Source: Candidatus Multivoradales bacterium (GTDB lineage Bacteria; Acidobacteriota; Thermoanaerobaculia; Multivoradales; JAHEKO01). Taken from it: DNA of 64,000 bases. Position 1 is the first letter of the stretch. The number at the start of each line of letters is the position of its first letter. The notes below the pieces were generated by a model. The model did no database searches and had not been told where the DNA came from. It saw nothing but the letters and a program-made list of their open reading frames with translations. Positions 30,708-39,874 of this stretch are shown here, in pieces. The DNA lies in contig CBDCXM010000008.1 of NCBI GenBank assembly GCA_965223855.1, forward strand, positions 448,001-512,000, in the 5' to 3' direction. Position numbers and translations under genes: made by a program.

Positions 30708-32321
30708 ATGCTGAATCGACGCACGCTTCTCAAGGCCGGTGCAACGGGACTCGCGACGACCACCGTCTTGCCCTCGGCGACTTCGGCCTCGGACGCGATC
30801 GAAGCCGGACCGCCGCCGTTCCGCTACGAGGACTGGGGCATCGCGGACTTCCACGGTGCCATGGAACGAGGCGAGCTCAGCTCCGCCGAGCTTACGCGCG
30901 ACTACCTCCAACGGACGGATCGGGCTCGACGCCTGCGCGCCGTCCTCGAAGTCAACCCCGACGCCGAAGAAATAGCGACCCGCAGGGACGCCGAACGCAG
31001 AGAGGGCCGGGTGCGTGGCCCCCTCCACGGGATCCCGATCCTCCTCAAGGACAACATCGCCACCGCGGACAGGACTTCGACGACCGCCGGATCGCTCGCA
31101 CTCGAGGGATCGCGGCCGGCCCGCCACTCCGCCGTTGCCGCTCGCCTCGAGGCGGCCGGGGCCGTGCTCCTCGGCAAGGCGAACCTGAGCGAGTGGGCCA
31201 ACATCCGCTCGAGCCGCTCGTCGAGCGGATGGAGCGCGCGTGGGGGCCAGACCCGCAACCCCTACGCACTCGACCGCAGCCCGTGCGGCTCGAGCTCGGG
31301 CTCCGGAGCGGCCGTCGCCGCCAGTCTGTGCGCCGCAGCGATCGGAACAGAGACCAACGGCTCGATCGTCTGCCCGAGCTCGGCCAACGGCATCGTCGGG
31401 CTCAAGCCGACCGTCGGTCTCGTCGGCAGGAGCGGCATCATCCCGATCTCGCACAGCCAGGACACCGCCGGGCCGATGACCCGCACCGTCGCCGATGCCG
31501 CCCATCTGCTGGCAGCGCTGGTCGGCGTCGACGAGCGCGACCCGGCCACGGCGGGCGCGGCGCGCCACGATCCGGCAACGTATCTCGAGGCACTCGACCC
31601 CTCCGCGCTCGAAGGAGCCCGAGTCGGCGTCGCTCGCAACTTCTTCGGTTTCCACGAGAAGGTCGACGCGCTCATGGAGTCCGCTCTAGACGCCATGCGC
31701 GATGCCGGAGCGGTCGTGATCGACGAACTCGAGCTCGATCTGTCCGGTCTACGAGGCAAGAGTCTCGAGGTGCTGCTCTACGAGCTCAAGGCCGGTCTCG
31801 ACGCCTACCTGGCCGATCCCGACATGCGCGCTCCGGTCTCCTCACTCGAGGAGGTCATCGCCTTCAACGAGGCGAACCGGGCCCGAGAGATGCCGTTCTT
31901 CGAGCAGGAGCTGTTCCTCCAGGCACAGGAGAAGGGCGATCTGACCACGCCGGAGTACCTGGAGGCTCTCGAAACCTGCCGGCGAGTGACCCGTGAAGAG
32001 GGAATCGACCGTCTCGTTTCGGAACATCGGCTCGACGCTCTCGTCGCACCGACCGGCGGTCCCGCCTGGCCGATCGACCTCGTCAACGGCGACCACTTCG
32101 GCGGCGGCAGCTCAACGCCAGCCGCGATCGCCGGATACCCCAACCTGACCGTCCCGGCCGGAGCGGTCTTCGGCCTGCCGGTGGGGATCTCCTTCTTCGG
32201 TCCGGCGTTCACCGAGGCGCGTCTGCTTTCGCTCGGGTATGCCTTCGAGCAGGCGACGCTCCATCGCAAGCCGCCGCAGTTCCTGCCCACTCTTCCCTAC
32301 GACCGGGTAGCGGGCCATTAG
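30708..32321 (+). CDS. Amidase (amidase signature family) with Tat signal
   Basis: NRRTLLK Tat motif; GPLHGIPILLKDNI, GKANLSEWAN, GSSSGS, IGTETNGSI.CP. Confidence 0.93.
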   Translation: MLNRRTLLKAGATGLATTTVLPSATSASDAIEAGPPPFRYEDWGIADFHGAMERGELSSAELTRDYLQRTDRARRLRAVLEVNPDAEEIATRRDAERREGRVRGPLHGIPILLKDNIATADRTSTTAGSLALEGSRPARHSAVAARLEAAGAVLLGKANLSEWANIRSSRSSSGWSARGGQTRNPYALDRSPCGSSSGSGAAVAASLCAAAIGTETNGSIVCPSSANGIVGLKPTVGLVGRSGIIPISHSQDTAGPMTRTVADAAHLLAALVGVDERDPATAGAARHDPATYLEALDPSALEGARVGVARNFFGFHEKVDALMESALDAMRDAGAVVIDELELDLSGLRGKSLEVLLYELKAGLDAYLADPDMRAPVSSLEEVIAFNEANRAREMPFFEQELFLQAQEKGDLTTPEYLEALETCRRVTREEGIDRLVSEHRLDALVAPTGGPAWPIDLVNGDHFGGGSSTPAAIAGYPNLTVPAGAVFGLPVGISFFGPAFTEARLLSLGYAFEQATLHRKPPQFLPTLPYDRVAGH

Positions 32322-32445
32322 CCCACCACCTGCGACCGGAAAGACGCCTGATCCGCGTTAGAATTGCGCCGTCCAGGGCCGGCGCGGCCGCGTCGCCCCC
32401 TCACCCCGAGTTCGACCCCTCCACCCTGAGTCGAAAGGTCCAGAT

Positions 32446-33699
32446 ATGCGTCGTCTCCTTCTCTCCTACGTTGTCCTGACTCTCGCGGCGTTGACCGCCA
32501 CCGCGCAGGTCGGCCGAGTGACCGGCAAGGTCCTCGACCTCGACGGCGAACCGCTGCAAGGCGTCGAAGTCAGCCTCGTCGACGTCGAGTCGAGCGCCTC
32601 CGTCAGCACCGAGACGAGCAAGCGGGGCCGTTTCGCCCTCGCCGTGCGCGATTACTCCCGCGACTACGAAGTGGTTCTGCGCCTCGACGGCTACCAGCTC
32701 ATCCGCGAATCGATCCGCCTCATCCCGAACGACCCGGTGATCGGCGAATGGACGATGGAGCCGGGAGACTCGGGCGGCGCCGTGCCCGGGCTCGACCTGT
32801 CGCCCGAGGAGCTCGAGGCCAAGCAGGCTGCGGTCGATCAGTACAACGCCGGGGTCAAGGCGTACAACGAGGGAGATCTCGAGGCCGCCGCCGTCGCTTT
32901 CGACGCCGCCATCGCCGAGGATCCGGAGTTGCAGGAGGCCTACGACATCGCGTCGGTGCTCCACATCCGCACCGGCAACAACGAACGTGCGCTCGAGCTG
33001 GCCAAGCAGATCCTCGTCACCCGACCGGACGAGGCGCGGGCGCTGGGCGTGCGCTACGACGCCCTGTACGCGCTCGGCCGTGAAGCTGAAGCCGACAGCG
33101 CGCTCGACGCGCTCGTCACCAAGGTGATCGACGGCGAGACCGCCAAGCGTGCCTACAACCGTGGTCTCGCCCTGGCGCGCGACTCCCGTTTCGACGACGC
33201 CGTGCCGCGGGTCGAGCAGGCGCTCGAGATCGACCCGGCGCTGGTACCCGCCTGGGGGCTTCTCGGGGATCTCGAGATCGGGCGCGGCAACTTCGAGCGG
33301 GCGATCGAAGCCGGCGACGCTCTCGCCGCCATCGAGGGCTCCGAGGAGCGCGGCCTGTCGCTGCGCCACCGGGCGTGCGAGGGGATGGGCGACAAGGAGT
33401 GCGCCATGGCGGCGTTGCGGGGCCTCGCCGAGCTCAACCCCGACGCGGTGATCAACAGCCGCTTCGAGCGCGGCCAGGATCTGTTCGACTCGAACCAACC
33501 GGAGGAGGCCGCCAAGCTGTTCCGCGAGGTGGTCGAGTTGCAGCCGGACAACGGCCTGGCGCACTACCGCCTCGGCCTCTGCCTGCTCAGCGCCGGCGAC
33601 ACGGCGACCGCGCGCACCCACCTCGAGCGCTTCCTCGAGCTCGAGCCCGAGCACCCCGAAGCGGCCTCGGCTCGAGACATGCTCGGCTACATCGAGTAA
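32446..33699 (+). CDS. Secreted TPR-repeat protein with N-terminal carboxypeptidase-regulatory-like domain
   Basis: Signal peptide; GRVTGKV.D..GEPL.GV.V; TPR units (YN.G, AHYRLG, FLEL.P). Confidence 0.85.
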   Translation: MRRLLLSYVVLTLAALTATAQVGRVTGKVLDLDGEPLQGVEVSLVDVESSASVSTETSKRGRFALAVRDYSRDYEVVLRLDGYQLIRESIRLIPNDPVIGEWTMEPGDSGGAVPGLDLSPEELEAKQAAVDQYNAGVKAYNEGDLEAAAVAFDAAIAEDPELQEAYDIASVLHIRTGNNERALELAKQILVTRPDEARALGVRYDALYALGREAEADSALDALVTKVIDGETAKRAYNRGLALARDSRFDDAVPRVEQALEIDPALVPAWGLLGDLEIGRGNFERAIEAGDALAAIEGSEERGLSLRHRACEGMGDKECAMAALRGLAELNPDAVINSRFERGQDLFDSNQPEEAAKLFREVVELQPDNGLAHYRLGLCLLSAGDTATARTHLERFLELEPEHPEAASARDMLGYIE

Positions 33700-33705
33700 C
33701 CCGAC

Positions 33706-34818
33706 ATGAAGACACGAACTCTGCTGGCGGCAGCCGCCGTCCTGCCGTGGCTCCCGCTCTCCGTGGTGGCGGCCGAGACCGAAGACGAATCCCGTTTCCT
33801 CTCGAAGACCCGTCGCCTGACGTTCGAGGGACGCCGCGCCGGCGAGGGCTACTTCTCCCCGGACGGCTCGGTGATGGTCTTCCAGAGCGAGCGGGAGCCG
33901 GGCAATCCCTTCTACCAGATCTACCGGCTCGATCTCGAAACCGGAGACACCGAGCGGGTTTCCCCCGGCCACGGCAAGACGACCTGCCCGTTCGTGCGGC
34001 CCGGGAGCGACGAAATCCAGTTCGCCTCCACCCATCACGACCCCGCTTCGCTCGACCTCCAGCAGCAGGAGCTGGACTTCCGCGCCTCGGGTGAGGAGCG
34101 GCGCTACTCGTGGGACTACGACCCCGAGATGGATCTCTACGTGACGACCGGGGACGGCTACCGCCGCCTCACCGAGGCGCGCGGCTACGATGCCGAGGCG
34201 AGCTACTCGCCCGACGGCGAGTGGATCGTCTTTTCTTCGATGCGCGACGCCTACAACCGCGAACTCTCGGCCGAGGAGGCGGCGATCCTCGAGAACGACC
34301 CGTCCTACTTCGGCGAGCTCTACCTGATGCGCGCCGACGGTTCCGGCGAGCGGCGGCTCACCGACGCCCCCGGCTACGACGGCGGGCCGTTCTTCTTCCC
34401 CGACGGGTCGCGCATCATCTGGCGCCGTTTCGACGAGAGCGGCCTCACCGCCGACGTCTACTCGATGCTGCCGGACGGCAGCGACGTCCTGCGGCTGACC
34501 GACTTCGGCGCCATGAGCTGGGCGCCCTACGTGCACCCTTCGGGCGAGTACGTCTTCTTCGCCTCGAACAAGCTGGGATTCTCGAACTTCGAGGTCTACA
34601 TGGTCGACGTCGCCGGGACGAAGGAGCCGGTGCGCGTCACCACGACCGACGGCTTCGACGGCCTGCCCGTACCGACGCCTGACGGCAAGCGACTCACCTG
34701 GACCTCCACGCGGCACGGCGGCGACGGCGGCCAGATCTACATCGCCGACTGGAATCACGACGCGGCGGTCGCGGCCCTGGCCGCGGCACCGCCGCGAACT
34801 GCGGAGACCGACGAATGA
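33706..34818 (+). CDS. TolB-like PD40 beta-propeller protein
   Basis: AGEGYFSPDG, YDAEASYSPDG, GYDGGPFFFPDG, FDGLP. Confidence 0.9.
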   Translation: MKTRTLLAAAAVLPWLPLSVVAAETEDESRFLSKTRRLTFEGRRAGEGYFSPDGSVMVFQSEREPGNPFYQIYRLDLETGDTERVSPGHGKTTCPFVRPGSDEIQFASTHHDPASLDLQQQELDFRASGEERRYSWDYDPEMDLYVTTGDGYRRLTEARGYDAEASYSPDGEWIVFSSMRDAYNRELSAEEAAILENDPSYFGELYLMRADGSGERRLTDAPGYDGGPFFFPDGSRIIWRRFDESGLTADVYSMLPDGSDVLRLTDFGAMSWAPYVHPSGEYVFFASNKLGFSNFEVYMVDVAGTKEPVRVTTTDGFDGLPVPTPDGKRLTWTSTRHGGDGGQIYIADWNHDAAVAALAAAPPRTAETDE

Positions 34819-36638
34819 AGCAGGTCAGATTCACCCTCCCGTCACCGGCAGTTCTCGTGGTGGCACTCTTCGTAGCGGCGGTCGCTGCACCGGCGATCGT
34901 CGGCCCCCTGACGGCCGATGAGGGCCGCCTGCGTGAGGACGTCGGCTATCTCGCCTCTCCCGATCTCGAGGGGCGCCTCACCGGCAGCGACGGCGCCCGC
35001 GCGGCAGCCGCCTACCTGATAGCGGAACTACAGGAAGCCGGAGCGACTCCGCTACCCGGCCGCGACGGCTTCGAGCTGCCGTTCGAGTTCACGGCGGGCA
35101 CCAACGACGGCGGCTCCTCGGTCACGACCGGAGAGCAGACCTTCACGGGAACCGACGACGTCGTCGCGCTCTCCTTCTCCGAGTCCGACTCGGTCACCGG
35201 CGAGGTCGTCTTCGCCGGCTACGGCCTGGAGATCCCGGAGTCGCAGGGCTACCCCTACGACAGCTACGCGGGCCTCGACGTCGAGGGCAAGGTCGTGCTG
35301 ATCCTTCGCTACTTCCCCGAAGACGTCGACCAGGAGACGCGCGCGATCCTGTCGCGCTACTCCGGGCTGCGCTACAAGGCACGGGCGGCGCGTGAGCGCG
35401 GGGCGACCGGCCTGCTGATCGCCACCGGCCCGCGCTCGCCCAACGCCGGAGCGACGATCCCGATGGCGTTCGACACCGCCGTCGCCGGCTCCGACGTGAT
35501 CGCCGCGAGCATCAGCGGCACCGTAGCCGCGGCACTGTTCGACCAGGTCGCCGACAAGGACCTCGAGAGTGCACAGGAGGCGCTCGACAGCGGCAATCCG
35601 CACGTCACCGGCTTCCCGCTCGAAGGGGTCGAGGTGACGCTCTCGACCGCCGTCGAACGGGAACGCAAGACCGGCTACAACGTCGCCGGCATCGTGCCGG
35701 GAGGCCGCGGCGAAGGCGACAAGCCGTGGGTCCTCGTCGGTGCGCACTACGACCACCTCGGTCGTGGAGGCGGCGGCAACTCGCTCGCCGGCAAGGAGGA
35801 GCAGGACCAGGTCCACCACGGTGCCGACGACAACGCCTCCGGCACCGCCGCGGTGCTCGAGGTCGCCCGACGGCTGGCCGGCGCCGATCTGCGCCGCTCG
35901 GTCGCCGTCGCCTTCTGGTCGGGAGAGGAGCTCGGCCTGCTCGGCGCCAGCGCCTTCGTGAAGGAGATCGACCCGCAGGCGATCGCCGCCTACATCAACC
36001 TCGACATGGTCGGCCGGCCGCGCGAGAACCGCATCACCCTCCAGGCGATGGGGACGAGTTCGGTCTGGCCGTCGATCGTCGAGCGAGCCAACGTCCCCGT
36101 CGGTTTCGACATCAAGACGATGGACGATCCGTACCTGCCGACCGACAGCTCCGCGTTTCACCAGGCGGAGGTGCCGACGCTCAACTTCTTCACCGGCAGC
36201 CACGAGGACTACCACCGCCCCGGCGACACGGCGGACAAGATCGACTACCCGGAACTCGACCGGGTGGCGAAGCTCGCCACCCTCGTCACCCGGAGGGTCG
36301 CCGAGATGGAAGCCGCACCCGACTTCATCAACGTCGAGCCGCAGCGGCAGGACGGCGGCGACCGCGACTCGGTGCGTGCCTTCACCGGCACCATTCCCGA
36401 CTATGCAACCGAGGTCGAGGGGCTCCTCCTGTCCGGCGTGATCGAGGGTGGTCCGGCGGACGAAGCAGGCATCCAGGGGGGCGACGTCATCGTCGAGTTC
36501 GGTGGTCAGACGATCGCCAACATCTACGACTACACGTACGCCCTCGATGCGGTGAAGATCGGCGAGCCGATCGACGTGGTGGTGCTGCGCGACGGTGAGC
36601 GGGTGACGGTGACGATCACGCCGCGGGCGAGGAACTGA
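34815..36638 (+). CDS. M28 family peptidase with PA and PDZ domains
   Basis: GAHYDHLG, GADDNASG, GEELGLLG, INLDMVG, H.DYHRP.D; C-terminal PDZ (GTIPDY...GPA..AG...GDVI). Confidence 0.92.
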   Translation: MKQVRFTLPSPAVLVVALFVAAVAAPAIVGPLTADEGRLREDVGYLASPDLEGRLTGSDGARAAAAYLIAELQEAGATPLPGRDGFELPFEFTAGTNDGGSSVTTGEQTFTGTDDVVALSFSESDSVTGEVVFAGYGLEIPESQGYPYDSYAGLDVEGKVVLILRYFPEDVDQETRAILSRYSGLRYKARAARERGATGLLIATGPRSPNAGATIPMAFDTAVAGSDVIAASISGTVAAALFDQVADKDLESAQEALDSGNPHVTGFPLEGVEVTLSTAVERERKTGYNVAGIVPGGRGEGDKPWVLVGAHYDHLGRGGGGNSLAGKEEQDQVHHGADDNASGTAAVLEVARRLAGADLRRSVAVAFWSGEELGLLGASAFVKEIDPQAIAAYINLDMVGRPRENRITLQAMGTSSVWPSIVERANVPVGFDIKTMDDPYLPTDSSAFHQAEVPTLNFFTGSHEDYHRPGDTADKIDYPELDRVAKLATLVTRRVAEMEAAPDFINVEPQRQDGGDRDSVRAFTGTIPDYATEVEGLLLSGVIEGGPADEAGIQGGDVIVEFGGQTIANIYDYTYALDAVKIGEPIDVVVLRDGERVTVTITPRARN

Positions 36639-37911
36639 CCGCCGGAAGCGCCACCCTGCCGCTCTCGCGGCGGAAACGAGCGGCCATCAGCACTCCGGCA
36701 ATGGTGAGGCCGCCGATGATCCCGATCCAGAGCCCGCGCGGCCCCATACCGCGGCCGAAGGCGAGCCAGTAGCCGACCGGCATGCCGACGAGCCAGTAGG
36801 CGATCACCGTGATGGCGAGCGGGCCGCGGGTGTCCTTGATGCCGCGCAGCGCTCCGTTGGCGGCCGCCTGCAGGCCGTCCGGCAACTGGAAGATCGCCGC
36901 GAGCAGCAGCAGTTGAGCAGCCATCGCGATCAGCTCCTCGTCGCTCGAGTAGATGCGCGCGATCCACTCCGGGAAGAGCAGCAACACGAGCGCGGCCAGC
37001 ACCTGCACCCCCACGGCGAGCTGCATGCCGACCCAGCCGGCGCGCGCCACGCCCAGGCGATCTCGCCTGCCGAGAGCGTTGCCGACCCGCACGGTGGTCG
37101 CCATGGTGATGCCCAGCGGCACCATGAACGAGAGTGACGCGACGTTGATCGCCACCTGGTGCCCCGCCACAGCGAGGGTGCTGATCGATCCCATGAGCAG
37201 CGCCACCCCGGCGAACATGCTGACTTCGATGAAGAGGGTGAAACCGATCGGCAGGCCGAGGGCGAGCAGCTCGCGAACCTTCGCCCACCGCGGACCGTCG
37301 AGGCGGTCGAACACCCCGAGCGGCGCCAGCCTCCGGTGGCGCCTGATGTAGACGACGATGCCGGCCAACGACACCCACCACACCAGCGACGTCGCGACGC
37401 CGCAGCCGACGGCGCCGAGCGCCGGCAGGCCCCAGCGGCCGTAGATCAGGCCGTAGTTGGCGACCACGTTGACGCCGAGGCCGAGAAAGCCGAAGTACAT
37501 CACCGGCCGCGAGATCCCCATCCCCTCGCACAGGAAGCGCAACGACAGGAAGCCGAACATCGCCGGCGCGCCCCACAGCAGAGCCGTCAGGTAGCCCATG
37601 ACGGTGTCGTGGAGGCTCGGGTCGATGTCGAGCGCCGTCAGGAGCCCGCGCGCCAGCGCCACGACCGCCGCCGCCAGCACCGTCAGCATCAGGACGATCC
37701 AGACGGTCTGGCGCATCACCGGGCCGATCCGATCGTGCCTGCCCTCGCCGTCGAGACCGGCCACCGTCGGCGGGACGGCCAGCAGTACACCGAGGCCGAA
37801 GAGCGTCACCGAGTGCCACACGGCGGCACCGGCCGCCACGGCGGCGAGAGCCTCTGCCGACAGCCGACCCGACATGACGGTGTCGACGAACGTCATCATG
37901 ACGCTCGTCAA
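36616..37911 (-). CDS. MATE family efflux transporter (NorM-like); true N-terminus probably extends about 20 codons upstream
   Basis: FVDTVMSGRL, GLPALGAVGCG, LGLPIG, AGHQVA, FQLPDG.Q, GALRG.KDT. Confidence 0.9.
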   Translation of the reverse strand: MTSVMMTFVDTVMSGRLSAEALAAVAAGAAVWHSVTLFGLGVLLAVPPTVAGLDGEGRHDRIGPVMRQTVWIVLMLTVLAAAVVALARGLLTALDIDPSLHDTVMGYLTALLWGAPAMFGFLSLRFLCEGMGISRPVMYFGFLGLGVNVVANYGLIYGRWGLPALGAVGCGVATSLVWWVSLAGIVVYIRRHRRLAPLGVFDRLDGPRWAKVRELLALGLPIGFTLFIEVSMFAGVALLMGSISTLAVAGHQVAINVASLSFMVPLGITMATTVRVGNALGRRDRLGVARAGWVGMQLAVGVQVLAALVLLLFPEWIARIYSSDEELIAMAAQLLLLAAIFQLPDGLQAAANGALRGIKDTRGPLAITVIAYWLVGMPVGYWLAFGRGMGPRGLWIGIIGGLTIAGVLMAARFRRESGRVALPAVSSSPAA

Positions 37912-37976
37912 CTGCCCGAGGACGAGAGGTGCGGCGAGACGAAGGGTCCGGGCAGCTTCGGCCCGCCACGAATGGG

Positions 37977-38954
37977 CTACAGCAACTCCTCCACCGCCGT
38001 GCGCTCTTCGCGCAACTCGGCGTCGGTGGCGTCCATCCGGCGGCGGCTGAAGTCACTGATGTCGAGTCCCTGCACGATGTCGTACTGACCGTCGCGGCAG
38101 GCACAGGGATAGGAGTAGATCACCCCTTCGGCAATGCCGTAGCTGCCGTCGGAGGGCACCGCCATGCTCACCCAGTCGCCCTCCGGGGTGCCTCGCATCC
38201 AAGAGCTCACATGGTCGATCGCGGCCGACGCGGCCGACGCCGCCGAGGAGGCGCCGCGCGCCTCGATGATCGCCGCGCCGCGCTTCTGGACCGTCGGGAT
38301 GAAGGTCTCCTCGACCCAGGCGTCGTCGACCAGTTCACTCGCTGCCTGCCCACCGACCGTCGCATGGCTGACGTCGGGATACTGGGTCGAGGAGTGGTTG
38401 CCCCAGATCGTCATTCGCCGGACGTCTCGGGCATGGCGCCCGGTCTTCTCGGCGAGCTGCGAGATCGCCCGGTTGTGGTCGAGCCGGGTCATGGCACAGA
38501 ACTGCCGGCGGTCGAGGTCGGGAGCGTTCGCGGCCGCGATGAGGGCGTTGGTGTTGGCCGGATTGCCGACCACCAGCACGCGCACGTCCTTCGACGCCCG
38601 GTCGTTGATCGCCTTGCCCTGCGGGCCGAAGATCTTGCCGTTGGCACCCAGCAGATCCGAGCGCTCCATCCCCGGCCCTCGCGGCCGGGCGCCGACGAGA
38701 ATGCAGACGTCGGCATCGGTGAAGCCCTCGTCGATGTCGGAGGTCGCGACGATGTCGTCGAGCAGTGGGAAGGCGCCGTCGTTGAGCTCCATCACCGTCC
38801 CGCCGAGGGCGTCCATCGCCGGCGGGATCTCGATCAGGTTGAGCGCCACGGGCTGCTCGGTGCCGAGCATGTCGCCGGCGGCGATGCGGAAGCAGAGTTG
38901 GTAGCCGATGTTGCCGGCTGCGCCGGTGATGGCGACTCGAACGGGCTGACTCAT
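37977..38954 (-). CDS. mdh: Malate dehydrogenase
   Basis: [63 protein letters not shown]. Confidence 0.97.
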   Translation of the reverse strand: MSQPVRVAITGAAGNIGYQLCFRIAAGDMLGTEQPVALNLIEIPPAMDALGGTVMELNDGAFPLLDDIVATSDIDEGFTDADVCILVGARPRGPGMERSDLLGANGKIFGPQGKAINDRASKDVRVLVVGNPANTNALIAAANAPDLDRRQFCAMTRLDHNRAISQLAEKTGRHARDVRRMTIWGNHSSTQYPDVSHATVGGQAASELVDDAWVEETFIPTVQKRGAAIIEARGASSAASAASAAIDHVSSWMRGTPEGDWVSMAVPSDGSYGIAEGVIYSYPCACRDGQYDIVQGLDISDFSRRRMDATDAELREERTAVEELL

Positions 38955-39070
38955 CGAAGTTCCTCCAGGTCGGATCGGTCGGTCCGGGCAGGAGCGGGAC
39001 CACGGCAGTTATAGCGGGATTCCGCCTCGCCCTCAACCGCGGGCTCGAACACGAGCTCGATCTTGCCGGC

Positions 39071-39874
39071 TCAGAGCCGCCGCAGATAGCGCTCGGGGTC
39101 GTTGAGGAAGCTCCTCGTCAGGGTGACGTGCTCCAGCTCGTCCCAGGGCACCGTTTCCAGCCGCTCGCCGTCACAGCTCCAGATCTCCGCGCCGGGGCAG
39201 GCGAGCAGGATCGGCGAGTGAGTGGCGACGACGAACTGACTCCCTTCGTCGATCGCGTCGCACAGCATTCCCAGAAGCGCCAATTGGCGGAGCGGCGAGA
39301 GCGGCACCTCCGGCTCGTCCAGAAGGTAGAGGCCTTGCGGCACCAGTCGGCTGCCGAAGAGCTTCAGGAAACTCTCGCCGTGCGACTGGGCGTCCAGACC
39401 GTCGCCGTAGAGCGAGCGGATCTCGGCAAGGGATCGCGCATGCGGGCCCCGAGCGAGCTGCCTGGCGTAGTCGGAGCGATCCTCGTACTCGATCTCGATC
39501 GCCGCCAACTCCCGCTGCGACTCCGCCGCCAGCTCGGCGATCCGGCGGGCGTAGCCGAAGAAGTCCTCGGCGCGCAGGAAGAAGCCCTTCGCGGTCCTCC
39601 GGTTCCAGGTCAGCCTCAGGCAGGCCGCAAGTGCCCGGGCAGCCGTCAGGGTCTCGTCGACCTCGAGAGGATCGCTGCCTACGGCGACCCGCTCGGAGGC
39701 CACGGCGAGCGCCTCCAGAAGGGTCGACTTTCCCGATCCGTTCTCGCCGACGAGGAAGGTCACCGGGGCGCTGAACTCGAGGCGATCGAGAGTCGCAACG
39801 ATCGGCACCGAGAACGGGAAGGCCTCGCGATCCACCGCACCGAGATCGGCCTCGGCGCTCCGCAGTGGAATCAC
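39071..39874 (-). CDS. AAA/ABC-type ATPase (COG3910-like)
   Basis: GENGSGKST, FLRAE, SHGESF, LLDEPE, ATHSPIL; GTG start overlaps the upstream TGA. Confidence 0.88.
   Translation of the reverse strand: MIPLRSAEADLGAVDREAFPFSVPIVATLDRLEFSAPVTFLVGENGSGKSTLLEALAVASERVAVGSDPLEVDETLTAARALAACLRLTWNRRTAKGFFLRAEDFFGYARRIAELAAESQRELAAIEIEYEDRSDYARQLARGPHARSLAEIRSLYGDGLDAQSHGESFLKLFGSRLVPQGLYLLDEPEVPLSPLRQLALLGMLCDAIDEGSQFVVATHSPILLACPGAEIWSCDGERLETVPWDELEHVTLTRSFLNDPERYLRRL

Noticed and set aside
33706-36638. PD40 and M28-PDZ genes as a frameshifted fusion
   Set aside because: There is a clean ATGA overlap and the second gene has its own signal peptide, so they are two genuine genes.
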